A stretch of 64,000 nucleotides of DNA from Acidobacteriota bacterium (GTDB lineage Bacteria > Acidobacteriota > UBA6911 > RPQK01 > JAJDTT01), in the NCBI GenBank assembly GCA_965209055.1, contig OZ242374.1, forward strand, positions 2,336,001 through 2,400,000. Reading direction: 5' to 3'. The notes below the pieces were generated by a model that worked only from the letters and a program-made list of their open reading frames with translations, was not told the DNA's origin and ran no database searches. This document shows positions 49,471 through 59,291 of the stretch, piece by piece. The position numbers and the translations under genes were made by a program. Numbering within the stretch: the first letter of the stretch is position 1; every line of letters begins with the position of its first letter.

Positions 49471-50973
49471 ATGAAACCTAGACCTATTCCGGGATTCGTC
49501 CTGATCCTGCTCTGCTTGACCGTGACAGGCTTTCCGGCCAAACCGCTCACCTACGTGCACATCCCTACGGGACAGCATCAGTTGTTCCTCGATGACTTCC
49601 TGGTCAGCGGCCTGTACCGGGTCGAGCGCCGCGTCAATCCTCCCGTGAAATACGAAGGCAACCCGGTGGTCCGGGCGGACCGGCCCTGGGAGCATTCGCC
49701 GGGTCCATGGTGGAATCCGGGGGTCGCCAAGTCGATCCAGATTCGGAGCGCGCCCTGCTGGGACCCCGAAGAAAAGGTCTGGAAGATGTGGTACTCGGCT
49801 GGCAAGACGGCGTTCGCCCGCTCCCGCGACGGGATCCACTGGGAGAAGCCGTCTCTGGGGAAGCAGGAGTTTCAGGGATCCACGGACAACAACCTGGTGG
49901 TGGTTCGAGGCGAGCCCGAGACCCGCATCCAGCATGTGTTGCTGGACCCCGACGCCGGACCCGAGCGGCGGTACAAGGCACTGACCGGTCCCCACAACCG
50001 GCATCCCCTGATCTCCTCCGACGGGTACGAGTTCACCAAGCTGGACGTCCCCGTGATCCCCAGCCAGGACGAGTCCCATCTCAACTACGATGAGGTGAAG
50101 AAGCGGTTCATCGCCACGGTCAAGCACCGGGGCCCCTTCGGCCGATCGGTTTTTCTCTCGCTGAGCACCGATTTCGAGAACTGGACCGATCCCGAGCTCA
50201 TCTTTCACGCCGATGCCTATGACCAGTTGTTGGGTGAGCAACGGATCCGGGAGCATCTGGTCAATCCCAAGCTCCGCCTGATGACCATCAACCAGCCGGA
50301 GCATTACAATACCGAGATCTACAACATGCCCATCTTTCCCTACGAGGGGATCTACATCGGGTTGCCCAACCACTTCGAAGCCAGCGGCCTTGCACCCAAC
50401 CGGAACCAGGAAGGGATCAACTCGGTGAAGCTGTCCACCAGCCGCGATCTCCGGCGGTGGGTCAAGGTGGGCAACCGGGGATCCTTCATTCCGGTTTCGG
50501 AGTTGGGTGAAGGAGTGATCGATACGGGTCAGGTCCTGGCCGCGTCCCGGCCCCAGGTCCACGGAGACGAACTCTGGTTCTACTACACCGGCTTGAACCA
50601 TCGTTTCCAGACCGACGATCCCTACCGGGGCGGCATTCACCTGGCGAAGCTCAAACGGGACCGGTTCGCCTTTTTCGGCGCCGACCAGGAGGGTGGATTC
50701 GTGGAGACGCGGGCCATCCGTTTTGACGGGAGCCGGCTCTTCATCAATGCCGACGCCTCGGACGGAGAGGTCCGGGTGGAGGTGATCGACCAGCGGGGCC
50801 GCCGCGTGCTGGAGGGGTGGAGCCGGGACCGGTCCCAGCCGATCCAGGGCGACCATTTGCGAGCCGAGGTGAAATGGACCGGCAAACCGGACCTGGGCGC
50901 CTTTCATGGCGAGACGATCCGGTTCCGTTTCCGCCTCTACAACGCCCGGCTGTTCTCGTTCTGGCTGGAATAA
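49471..50973 (+). CDS. Secreted beta-propeller protein, paralog 3
   Basis: Signal peptide; QLFLDDFLV, WKMWY, SRDGIHWEKP, LKRDRF...NARLFS tail; AAGGAG RBS. Confidence 0.72.
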   Translation: MKPRPIPGFVLILLCLTVTGFPAKPLTYVHIPTGQHQLFLDDFLVSGLYRVERRVNPPVKYEGNPVVRADRPWEHSPGPWWNPGVAKSIQIRSAPCWDPEEKVWKMWYSAGKTAFARSRDGIHWEKPSLGKQEFQGSTDNNLVVVRGEPETRIQHVLLDPDAGPERRYKALTGPHNRHPLISSDGYEFTKLDVPVIPSQDESHLNYDEVKKRFIATVKHRGPFGRSVFLSLSTDFENWTDPELIFHADAYDQLLGEQRIREHLVNPKLRLMTINQPEHYNTEIYNMPIFPYEGIYIGLPNHFEASGLAPNRNQEGINSVKLSTSRDLRRWVKVGNRGSFIPVSELGEGVIDTGQVLAASRPQVHGDELWFYYTGLNHRFQTDDPYRGGIHLAKLKRDRFAFFGADQEGGFVETRAIRFDGSRLFINADASDGEVRVEVIDQRGRRVLEGWSRDRSQPIQGDHLRAEVKWTGKPDLGAFHGETIRFRFRLYNARLFSFWLE

Positions 50974-51000
50974 CTCTCGCGCCGTGGAAGGAACGAATGC

Positions 51001-52173
51001 ATGAAGGACAGGCCCAGAATCACCAGCATCGAAGTGGTTCAGTACGAAAAGAACATCATCGATGTCGGGGTTGAGCCCTCCATCGGCATTCTCATCTATC
51101 AGCCGGGCGGGGTTCAGAAGTTCCGCGGCCGCGGCCTTCGGATCCATACCGATGTGGGAGTCACCGGGGAGTATTTCGGGGGATTCGAGGCGGACTACGC
51201 GGTCATCGGCGGGTTGGCCCACACCCTCATCGGGCGCAACGCCCTGGAGCGGGACGCCATCTATGACGACCTGAAGCAGGCCACCCGGCAGCAGTCCCGA
51301 ATGGGGATGGGGGTGGTGGACATCGCTCTCTGGGATCTTGCCGGCAAGTACTACGACGCGCCCATCTATGAGCTGCTCGGCGGATCGGCCGGCAAGAAGC
51401 TCCCCTGCTACGCCAGCACCTACGTCGGCGACTACGAGGAGGGAGGCCTCAACACACCCGAGGCCTACGCGGACTTCGCCGAGGCGTGCCTGGAACTGGG
51501 GTATCCCGGTTTCAAGATTCACGGCTGGCAGGACGCCCCGCTGAAGGACCAGATCGAGCTGGTCCGGGCCGTGGGCCGGAGGGTGGGGGACAGAATGGAC
51601 CTGATGCTGGACCCCTTCTGCGCCATCAAGACCTTCGCCGAGGCCCTGAAACTGGGCCGGGCCTGCGACGAGTTCGACTATTTCTGGTACGAGGACCCGT
51701 TCCGGGACGGCGGGGTCTCGGCGTTCGCCCACCGGAAACTGCGCCAGCTCATCAAGACGCCGCTCCTGCAGTTGGAGCACCTGAGGGGGCTGGAGCCGCA
51801 TGTGGACTTCATCGTGGCCGACGGAACCGACTTCGTGCGCATCGATACCGACTATGACGGCGGCATCACCGGGGTCATGAAGATCGCCCACGCCGCCGAA
51901 GGGTTCGGCCTGGACGTGGAGCTGCATGGACCGGGTCCGGACCGGCGGCACGTGATGGCCGCCGTCCGCAACACCAACTACTACGAAATGGGCCTGCTCC
52001 ATCCGCAATTGGGCCCCTTCCACATGGCGCCCTTCAAGTGCGGCTATCGCGACGCCATCGACGCCGTCGATGCCGACGGCTGCGTCGTCGCGCCCGACGG
52101 TCCGGGACTGGGCGTCGAGTATGACTGGGACACCATCATGGACCACTGTACGGACCGGGCGGAGTACAAGTAG
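51001..52173 (+). CDS. Mandelate racemase/enolase superfamily protein
   Basis: DIALWDLAGK, FKIH, MLDP, WYEDP, ELHG, PGLGVEYD. Confidence 0.9.
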   Translation: MKDRPRITSIEVVQYEKNIIDVGVEPSIGILIYQPGGVQKFRGRGLRIHTDVGVTGEYFGGFEADYAVIGGLAHTLIGRNALERDAIYDDLKQATRQQSRMGMGVVDIALWDLAGKYYDAPIYELLGGSAGKKLPCYASTYVGDYEEGGLNTPEAYADFAEACLELGYPGFKIHGWQDAPLKDQIELVRAVGRRVGDRMDLMLDPFCAIKTFAEALKLGRACDEFDYFWYEDPFRDGGVSAFAHRKLRQLIKTPLLQLEHLRGLEPHVDFIVADGTDFVRIDTDYDGGITGVMKIAHAAEGFGLDVELHGPGPDRRHVMAAVRNTNYYEMGLLHPQLGPFHMAPFKCGYRDAIDAVDADGCVVAPDGPGLGVEYDWDTIMDHCTDRAEYK

Positions 52174-52214
52174 GGCGCGCTCGAGCCGATTCGAGACCGG
52201 AGGATCGCATTGAG

Positions 52215-53606
52215 ATGGGTACGCAGAATTGGCAGGAATATCTGAGGGATCGTCAGGGCCGTTGGATTCGGGAACTGAGCGAGTTTCTGACCATTCCCAG
52301 CATCTCGGCGCTGCCCGATCACGCTGCCGACGTCAAGCAGGCGGCCCGTTGGGTCGGCGACCGGCTGCAGGCGGCGGGCGTGGAGAACGTCGAGGTCCTC
52401 CCCACCGAAGGGCATCCCGTGGTCTACGGCGACTGGCTCCATGCTCCGGGGCGCCCCACGCTCCTGGTCTACGGGCATTTTGACGTGCAGCCGGTGGACC
52501 CGGTGGATCTCTGGAGCCACCCTCCCTTCGAGCCGGTGGTCCGGGACGGCCGAATCTACGCCCGAGGCTCGTCCGACGACAAGGGGAACATGCTGGCTCC
52601 GATCCTGGCCGTGCAGGCCCTGCTGGAGACCACGGGGACCCTTCCCCTGAACCTCAAATTCCTGCTGGAGGGGCAGGAGGAGATTGGAAGTCCCCATCTT
52701 CCCCCCTTCATGAAGGCCGAGGCGGGACGGTTCGCATCCGACGTGGCGGTGAGCGCCGACGGTTCCCAGTGGAGCGAGGAGGAGCCGGCCACGTGGGTGT
52801 CGCTGCGCGGTCTCTGCGGTCTTCAGATCAATGTCCACGGACCTTCCCGGGACCTTCATTCCGGCCTCTTCGGAGGTGCGGTGCAGAATCCTGTGCACGC
52901 CCTGGTGCGGCTGCTGGACTCCATGCGCTCGCCCGACGGCAGGGTTCTGGTCCAAGGATTCTACGATGAGGTCCGAGAGCCGGATGACCGGTTGAGGACC
53001 GAGTTGGCGAGAGTCCCTTACGAGGAGGAGGAGCTGCTCTCCTCCATCGGCGTGACCGAGACGTTCGGCGAGCCGGGCTTCAGCACCTACGAACGGGAGT
53101 GGATCCGGCCGACCCTGGAGATCAACGGCATCTGGGGCGGTTTCCAGGGAGATGGCATGAAGACGGTCCTGCCCCGCCAGGCTCACGCCAAGGTCACCTG
53201 CCGCCTGGTTGCCGATCAGCATCCGGACCAGGTCGTCAGGGCCGTTGTCCGGCACGTGGAGGAAAACACTCCTCCCGGCGTCGAGACGGAGGTCGTCGTG
53301 CTGGATTCTTCGTCCGTGCCCTACTCCATCCCCATCGATCACCCCGGAAACCGGGCGGCCGCCCGGGTGCTGGAAGAGCTCTACGGCAGAAGGCCCTACG
53401 TGGTGGGATCGGGAGGGAGCATCGCCACCTGCGGCCTCATCCTGGAACACCTGGGGATCCACACCGTGAATCTCTCCTTCGGGCTGGATGACGAATGCGC
53501 CCACAGCCCCGACGAGTTCTTCCGGCTGGCCAGCTTCGAGAGGGCCCAGATCGCTCACGGACGGTTCATCGAGGTCCTCGCCGCCGACTCCGGTCAGGGA
53601 TCTTGA
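52215..53606 (+). CDS. M20 family dipeptidase
   Basis: YGHFDVQP, ARGSSDDKG, EEIGS, DLHSG, AHSPDE. Confidence 0.92.
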   Translation: MGTQNWQEYLRDRQGRWIRELSEFLTIPSISALPDHAADVKQAARWVGDRLQAAGVENVEVLPTEGHPVVYGDWLHAPGRPTLLVYGHFDVQPVDPVDLWSHPPFEPVVRDGRIYARGSSDDKGNMLAPILAVQALLETTGTLPLNLKFLLEGQEEIGSPHLPPFMKAEAGRFASDVAVSADGSQWSEEEPATWVSLRGLCGLQINVHGPSRDLHSGLFGGAVQNPVHALVRLLDSMRSPDGRVLVQGFYDEVREPDDRLRTELARVPYEEEELLSSIGVTETFGEPGFSTYEREWIRPTLEINGIWGGFQGDGMKTVLPRQAHAKVTCRLVADQHPDQVVRAVVRHVEENTPPGVETEVVVLDSSSVPYSIPIDHPGNRAAARVLEELYGRRPYVVGSGGSIATCGLILEHLGIHTVNLSFGLDDECAHSPDEFFRLASFERAQIAHGRFIEVLAADSGQGS

Positions 53607-53656
53607 CGAATTAAAGGCACTGCAGATCTACCCTCCACTTGGGGCAGTCGTTGGGG

Positions 53657-54892
53657 TCAGAGGCAGGCGGCTGGAATTCCCACCAGGCGCTGACCGTAGA
53701 GGCGGGGCCTCTCATCGTTGTTGATGACGACGCCGAGGCGACAGCCGTAATCGTCGACAAAGTCGTTTATGGGGCGGAGTTCACGGGTGCGGACGGTCTG
53801 AGGGTACTTGATCACGATGGGGACGACGCCAAAGGACCCCTCCAATACAAGATCGACCTCGGCGCCACCGTGGGTCCGGTAGTGAAAGGGGTCACAGGCG
53901 ATTCCGCTTGCCGCCAGCCCTCTGAGAATCTGTTCAACGATCGTTCCTTCCCACGACCGGCCCATTTGGGGATGTCCCCGTAAATCGTCCAGTTCGCCGA
54001 TTCGAAGCAGGTGGTGGAGCAGGCCCGAGTCGCGAAGATACCCGCGCGGGCTCTTGACCACGCGCCTGAGGACGTTGCGTGTGAAGGCCGGCAGGGTCCT
54101 CCAAAGGAAGGAACCGTGCGCGATCTCGAAATACTTGCGGGCGGTGGGCTGGGAGACGTTCAGGAAGCGAGCGACGTCCGAGTAGTTCAAAATGGTGCCT
54201 GAAAGACCTGCGAGCAACTGGACGAAGCGGCGAAAGCGGTTTCGGTTCAGACCGGGGAAGAGGGTCCCGATATCGCGGTGCAGGTAGGTTTGAACGTACT
54301 GTTCCATCCAGACTTGGCGAAAGCGATCTCCACCCTCGACCCAGGGTTGGGGATAGCCGCCCCGGAACCAGTATTCGTGGAGTTTCCGAATTCCCGCACG
54401 GGGTGTCAGCTCCTTGACGAAGCGTTCCGGCTTCCAGCCCTGCGACAGGCCGGAAAAAAAATGGCTCGGAGGCTTGCGGATCGCTTCCGCCAGGGAAAAG
54501 GGGCTCATCTCGATCAGTCCGATCCGGCCGGCCAGACTCTCCGATATCCGCCCGGTGAGGTCAGGCGAACTCGAACCGGTTATGACAAATCTGCCGGTTC
54601 GGGAGCGATCGGCATCGATGGCGACCCTCAAGGCCTGGAAGAGAGGAGGAAAGGCCTGTGCTTCGTCGATGGCCACTCGATCAGGATGAAGACGGAAAAA
54701 CAGGTCGGGGTCGCGCGCAATGGCTTCGAAGTCCGATTGCCGTTCCAGGTCGAAATGCAACCACCCTTTTCCCAGCTCTCCCAGCAGAGTGGTTTTTCCA
54801 CACTGTCGTGGTCCGATAAGACCGACACAGGGGAAGAACCCCAGATATTCGAGCAGAAGTTTGGTGGTATGGCGTGGAAACACACCTGACAT
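53657..54892 (-). CDS. AAA ATPase with DUF4143 domain
   Basis: Walker A GPRQCGKT, IDEAQ, TGSSS, ESLAGR, RGGYP, DSGL, YRTHGGAEVDLV. Confidence 0.9.
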   Translation of the reverse strand: MSGVFPRHTTKLLLEYLGFFPCVGLIGPRQCGKTTLLGELGKGWLHFDLERQSDFEAIARDPDLFFRLHPDRVAIDEAQAFPPLFQALRVAIDADRSRTGRFVITGSSSPDLTGRISESLAGRIGLIEMSPFSLAEAIRKPPSHFFSGLSQGWKPERFVKELTPRAGIRKLHEYWFRGGYPQPWVEGGDRFRQVWMEQYVQTYLHRDIGTLFPGLNRNRFRRFVQLLAGLSGTILNYSDVARFLNVSQPTARKYFEIAHGSFLWRTLPAFTRNVLRRVVKSPRGYLRDSGLLHHLLRIGELDDLRGHPQMGRSWEGTIVEQILRGLAASGIACDPFHYRTHGGAEVDLVLEGSFGVVPIVIKYPQTVRTRELRPINDFVDDYGCRLGVVINNDERPRLYGQRLVGIPAACL

Positions 54893-55079
54893 ATTGAAAG
54901 TCTAAGTTTGAAAATGCAAGGTTGGTTTTCACGATCGACCTTGCTGCAGACGCATACGACTCCGGCCGATATGGGAAAAACTTGAAAAGAATGGTCGCCG
55001 TGAAGACCTTGCGGTTGCGGTGCCGCGCCGGCCCGTCAAAGCAGGCAGCGGGATTCTGACCGCTCGTTGCGCGGCCGCA

Positions 55080-56399
55080 TCAGGCGACTCCGCACCAGTC
55101 CATGGCCACCTGGGCATAGGCCTTGGTGGCGACCATCAACTCCGAGATGTCCAGGAACTCGTCCACGGCGTGGGCCTGGAGCAGGCTCCCGGGGCCGTAG
55201 ACCAGGCTGGGAATGCCCTTGGCGCTCAGGAACGCCGCGTCGCACACGGCGTAGAATCCCTGCATGGCGGCGGGTCCCTCGAAGGGCGTGCCCCGGGCGG
55301 CGGTTTCATGGGCCGCGGCCATGGCCTTGCAGATGGGATGCTCCCGGTCCACCGAGAAGGGTGGCCAATGCAGCTTCCACTCCACTTCCGGGGGGTTCTC
55401 GCGGAGCCACTCGTCCAACTGGGCGGCGTGATGGATCTGGTTTTCCACCTCCCGCTTCACCTCTTCCTCCGACTGTTCCGGGTGGTACCAGATGGCGTAT
55501 TCGATGGTGCAGTACTCGGAAATGAAGAAGGGGACTCCGACGCCGTGCGGCGCGCCCATGACCACTCCGGGATGGAGAGTGAAATGACCCGGCTTGAAGA
55601 GGTCGTGGATCTTGGTGAGACCCCACTCGTCCTCCAGCTTGCGGAGGCATTCGAAGATGAACATGCCCTTGTCGATGGCGTTGACGGCCACGCTGGAACC
55701 GAAGCCGCCGGCCCGGAAGGTCTCCGCCCGGGTGGAGGCGTGACTCGACTTGCCGCGGCAGGTGACCGCCATCCAGAGGAGTCCCGGACTGATGGGAACG
55801 ATCGCCAGGGGCCGCACCGGAGCCGAGGCCTCGGAGACCACGGCCGCATCCGCCCGGTAGCCTCTTCGAACCGTGGCCGTGACGCCCGCCTCGTGGTCCA
55901 TCACCTCTTCGCCCACCACGCTCTCCAGGAGCAGATCCCCCTTGAGCCGGATCCCGAGCCTTTGAAGGGCCAGGGCCGCCATGGCCTGGCTCACCACCGG
56001 TCCCTTCATGTCGCAGGAACCGCGGCCGTAGATTTTCCCGCCGTCCACCTTGCCGCTGAAGGGGTCCGACCATCTCCAGTCTTCCGGCCGTCCGGTGGGT
56101 ACGGTATCGATGTGGCCGTTGAAGATGAGGGACTTCCCTCCGCCGGCTCCCTGGAGGACTCCCACGGCGTTGGCCCGGCGGGCCTCCGCTTCCCAGACGT
56201 CCACTTCGCAGCCGATGGTCCGGTAGAGCTCGGCCACGACCTGGTTGGCATCGGTCTCCCCTCCCAGGACCTCTTCCGCGACCACTCCCGGATACTTGGG
56301 ATTGATGCTGGGAATCCGGACGACTTCGCTGATCTTCTCGACGATCTCGTCCCGCATGCCGTCGATGGTCTCGAACACCTTGGCCGTGAGTTCCGTCAT
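55080..56399 (-). CDS. ArgE/DapE family deacylase (M20)
   Basis: FNGHIDTV, YGRGSCDMKG, GEE, AHAVDE. Confidence 0.92.
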   Translation of the reverse strand: MTELTAKVFETIDGMRDEIVEKISEVVRIPSINPKYPGVVAEEVLGGETDANQVVAELYRTIGCEVDVWEAEARRANAVGVLQGAGGGKSLIFNGHIDTVPTGRPEDWRWSDPFSGKVDGGKIYGRGSCDMKGPVVSQAMAALALQRLGIRLKGDLLLESVVGEEVMDHEAGVTATVRRGYRADAAVVSEASAPVRPLAIVPISPGLLWMAVTCRGKSSHASTRAETFRAGGFGSSVAVNAIDKGMFIFECLRKLEDEWGLTKIHDLFKPGHFTLHPGVVMGAPHGVGVPFFISEYCTIEYAIWYHPEQSEEEVKREVENQIHHAAQLDEWLRENPPEVEWKLHWPPFSVDREHPICKAMAAAHETAARGTPFEGPAAMQGFYAVCDAAFLSAKGIPSLVYGPGSLLQAHAVDEFLDISELMVATKAYAQVAMDWCGVA

Positions 56400-56524
56400 G
56401 AATGACTCCTTGATGGTCCTGTCTGCCTGAAACCTGGAAGTTGATTTGGCGGTCTGGATGCTATGGGCTCACCGAAGCCCGGTCAAGCCCCCGGGGACCG
56501 GATCGCCGGACCTGTGATCGCGCC

Positions 56525-59227
56525 TTACAGAGAAACCCCGAGGGGCCCCCGCGTGATCTGAAAGTCCACGTTTCCCTGGCTCTGAAGAACCGGGCTGTAT
56601 CTTCCCGAAGCCAGGTCCAGAACCAGCGCCGACAACCTGTCCTCCCACGAATCGGGGGGCCCGGTGAGCATCAGATCCAGGTCCTGTCCCCGGTTCCCGG
56701 CCATGCTGCCGGCATTGGAAACCTGCAGCGTCGGGACCATGACATGACCCGGCAGTGGTTCCCGGCCGACCCATGCCAGGAGGATCTCCGCTCCTGTGGC
56801 CCCAAGACCGGTCAGTAGCTCGACTCCGTGATCGGTAGCGGCTTCCATGATCTGCAGGCCCGACGCGCGCGCTTTCTCCCCGAAGAGGAGCGTGGGCGCC
56901 AACGGGTCCGGTTCCACGAGGATCTCCCGCCATGCCGGGCTCTCCATCAGGATGTCCCCCTCCGGGATCACGATCGTGGCCCCGGCGTGGACAAAGCGCT
57001 GCACGAGACCGCTCAGAGTCCGGCAGGCGGCCTCGGCCGGACGGCCCGACGTCAGGACCGCCATCCTCAACGATTCCACCCCCACGGCTTGCCGCCGGGG
57101 AGCGGACCGGCCCGAGAGCGCACTCTGAAACCAGGATTCCACCCGGTATCCGACCTTCTCGATCCCCCCGTCCAACTGGATGCTGGCCTTGCCGTAGTCC
57201 TCGACGTCGCCGCCCATTCGGGTCAGTTGGCCGGTCATGTAGTCGTTGTGGGTCGCCTCGCAACCGTGCTCCAGAAAGAGGCCGGCCGCGACCGTGGGAT
57301 GGGTCAGATGGCCCAGGAGGGTGCGCGAGTAGAGTTGACGCGTCTGACCTCCCGAGCAACCGCAGCCTTCGGTGTGAGGGAGCGCCACGAACCGGGAAAC
57401 CGCGCTGTTCCCTCCGGCCTGTCGGTGGGTGAGCCGCTGGGCGAGGAGACGGGCAATCTGGCTGGAGCAGAGACTGGTGGGAAGGATCAGTCCGATCTGA
57501 TGGGTGACCCATCCTCCGGGAGTCCGGATTCCGTCGAACCGGAGCCGAGAACCGGAATCGGGGGGCTTGAGCCGAATCGGGACGTCGACGCAAGGCCGCC
57601 GCGCATTCTGGAGACGGACCAGGTTGGAACCGTCAGTCTGCTGCCAGTTTCGCCAGAGCGAGACCTGGGAATGGCCCGCCTTCTCGCCGACGCTCCGGCG
57701 ACCCGAGGCCACCTGCAGAGTCAGGTCGAACAGTTCCCGTCCCAGATCCTCGAGGGGCGTCCCTTCCAAGTAGGCGCCGGCATTGAAATCCATGTCCCGG
57801 GAAAGGAGACGGAATCGTCCGCTCGTGGTGACGATCTTGATGGTGGGGACGAAGGGGAAGTTGGTGACCGATCCGTTGCCGGTGGTGAAGAAGATGAGAT
57901 TGGTTCCCGAGGCCACTTGACCGGCAAGGCTTTCCAGGTCGTTTCCGGGGCTGTCCATGAAGTAGAACCCGGGTTCCGTCATCCGCTGGGCGTACTCGAT
58001 GACGCGATCGAGCCGCACGCCGGGGTGGCGCTTGGTGGCGGCTCCCAGGGACTTGATCACGATGTTGTAGAGCCCTCGAAGGATGTTGCCGCCGGAGGGG
58101 TTGCCCTGAGCCGATTCACCGTGCCACGCGACCCTTTCCTTGAAATTGGCCACCTTGGACAGGAAAGCCCGCGCCGTCTCCAGGTCGCGGGCGTTCTGGA
58201 GGACGTAGGCTTCGGCTCCGATGAGCTCGTCGGTCTCGGCCAGATTGGCCGATCCGCCCTGACGCAGAAGCTCCCTGGCGACCCAGCCTGAGAGAGGGTT
58301 GGCGGATATGCCGGAGAAGGCGTCCGAACCGCCGCACTGGAGCGCCAACCGGAGGTTCGTCATCGGCTGAGGCGTCCGCCGGCAGGAGTCGACCCGGGGA
58401 AGCCAGTCCCGCACGATTCGCTCGCTCCGGCTCAATTCGTCGCGGAAGCTGTCTTTCAGGGTCAGGAAATGGTGCGGGACGTCTCCGAGGGGGAAGCCGT
58501 TTCGCAGCAGGTGCCGTCTCAGGCGGTCGTTGGTCACGGCTTCGGTGCCCCGGTCCACGCAGAGCACGGCTCCCACGTTGGGATGGACCACGAACCCCGA
58601 GAGGGTGGAAAGAACCAGTTCCAGGTTGTTGGGCTCCGTATCCTGTCCCCCCTCGGTGTGGGCCACGGCAACGATGCCGTCCACGTTTCCCAAGGGTTCG
58701 GCTTCCCCCTTGAGCCGTTCGGCCAGGACCCGGGCGAAGCTCCCGGTGCGGGAGGAAGTCCCCAGGATCACCACGTAGTTGCGGGTCCCGACGCCTCGGT
58801 CCGGAGACCTCTGGTAGCCCGGAAAGGTCCCGCCCGGAAGCTCGCGGGATGTCTGGAGACCCGGCTCGAATCCTGCCTCGTCCATAAGGTAGGGGTCGAT
58901 TCGATCGGTGAAATTGGGAGCCTCGGGCAGGGAGATATCCAGGTTCCGTCCGGAAAGAGCCTCCACGGCCCTTCGATTGCAAACGTAGTTTCCGGGCGCG
59001 ATGTTCCGGCAGGCGAATCCGAAGGGAAATCCCCACGACAGAAGCGCTTCCCCCTCGGCGATGGGAGAGACGGCGAATCGATGCCCCTCCATGACGGTGT
59101 GATCCAGAACCAGCTCGCCGCCCTGGTATTCGATCCGGGTCCCCGGAGGCAGGGTGCGGATTGCGATGGCGACGTTGTCCTCGGGGGCGGGGAGTCTTCC
59201 GATCTCCTGGAACCGGTAGTGAGGCAT
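56525..59227 (-). CDS. UxaA/GarD-family dehydratase with internal duplication (900 aa)
   Basis: SAF domain DNVAIA...GHRFA; GTRNY, HPNVGA, QCGGSDAFSGISANP, NPSGGN, DSPGND, FTTGNG; second degenerate copy from about 57510. Confidence 0.88.
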   Translation of the reverse strand: MPHYRFQEIGRLPAPEDNVAIAIRTLPPGTRIEYQGGELVLDHTVMEGHRFAVSPIAEGEALLSWGFPFGFACRNIAPGNYVCNRRAVEALSGRNLDISLPEAPNFTDRIDPYLMDEAGFEPGLQTSRELPGGTFPGYQRSPDRGVGTRNYVVILGTSSRTGSFARVLAERLKGEAEPLGNVDGIVAVAHTEGGQDTEPNNLELVLSTLSGFVVHPNVGAVLCVDRGTEAVTNDRLRRHLLRNGFPLGDVPHHFLTLKDSFRDELSRSERIVRDWLPRVDSCRRTPQPMTNLRLALQCGGSDAFSGISANPLSGWVARELLRQGGSANLAETDELIGAEAYVLQNARDLETARAFLSKVANFKERVAWHGESAQGNPSGGNILRGLYNIVIKSLGAATKRHPGVRLDRVIEYAQRMTEPGFYFMDSPGNDLESLAGQVASGTNLIFFTTGNGSVTNFPFVPTIKIVTTSGRFRLLSRDMDFNAGAYLEGTPLEDLGRELFDLTLQVASGRRSVGEKAGHSQVSLWRNWQQTDGSNLVRLQNARRPCVDVPIRLKPPDSGSRLRFDGIRTPGGWVTHQIGLILPTSLCSSQIARLLAQRLTHRQAGGNSAVSRFVALPHTEGCGCSGGQTRQLYSRTLLGHLTHPTVAAGLFLEHGCEATHNDYMTGQLTRMGGDVEDYGKASIQLDGGIEKVGYRVESWFQSALSGRSAPRRQAVGVESLRMAVLTSGRPAEAACRTLSGLVQRFVHAGATIVIPEGDILMESPAWREILVEPDPLAPTLLFGEKARASGLQIMEAATDHGVELLTGLGATGAEILLAWVGREPLPGHVMVPTLQVSNAGSMAGNRGQDLDLMLTGPPDSWEDRLSALVLDLASGRYSPVLQSQGNVDFQITRGPLGVSL

Positions 59228-59291
59228 CGTCTCCAGTAAACGACGTTTAGGCGCTTCGTTCCCGGCGGTTACGCGCCGCCGGAACGCTTCC

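Noticed and set aside
49399-52146. 915-aa minus-strand ORF and many other long antisense or alternate-frame ORFs (e.g. 70..1623, 149..1672, 43442..45148, 60762..62276)
   Set aside because: Shadow ORFs of well-supported genes in high-GC DNA; no motifs, biased composition.
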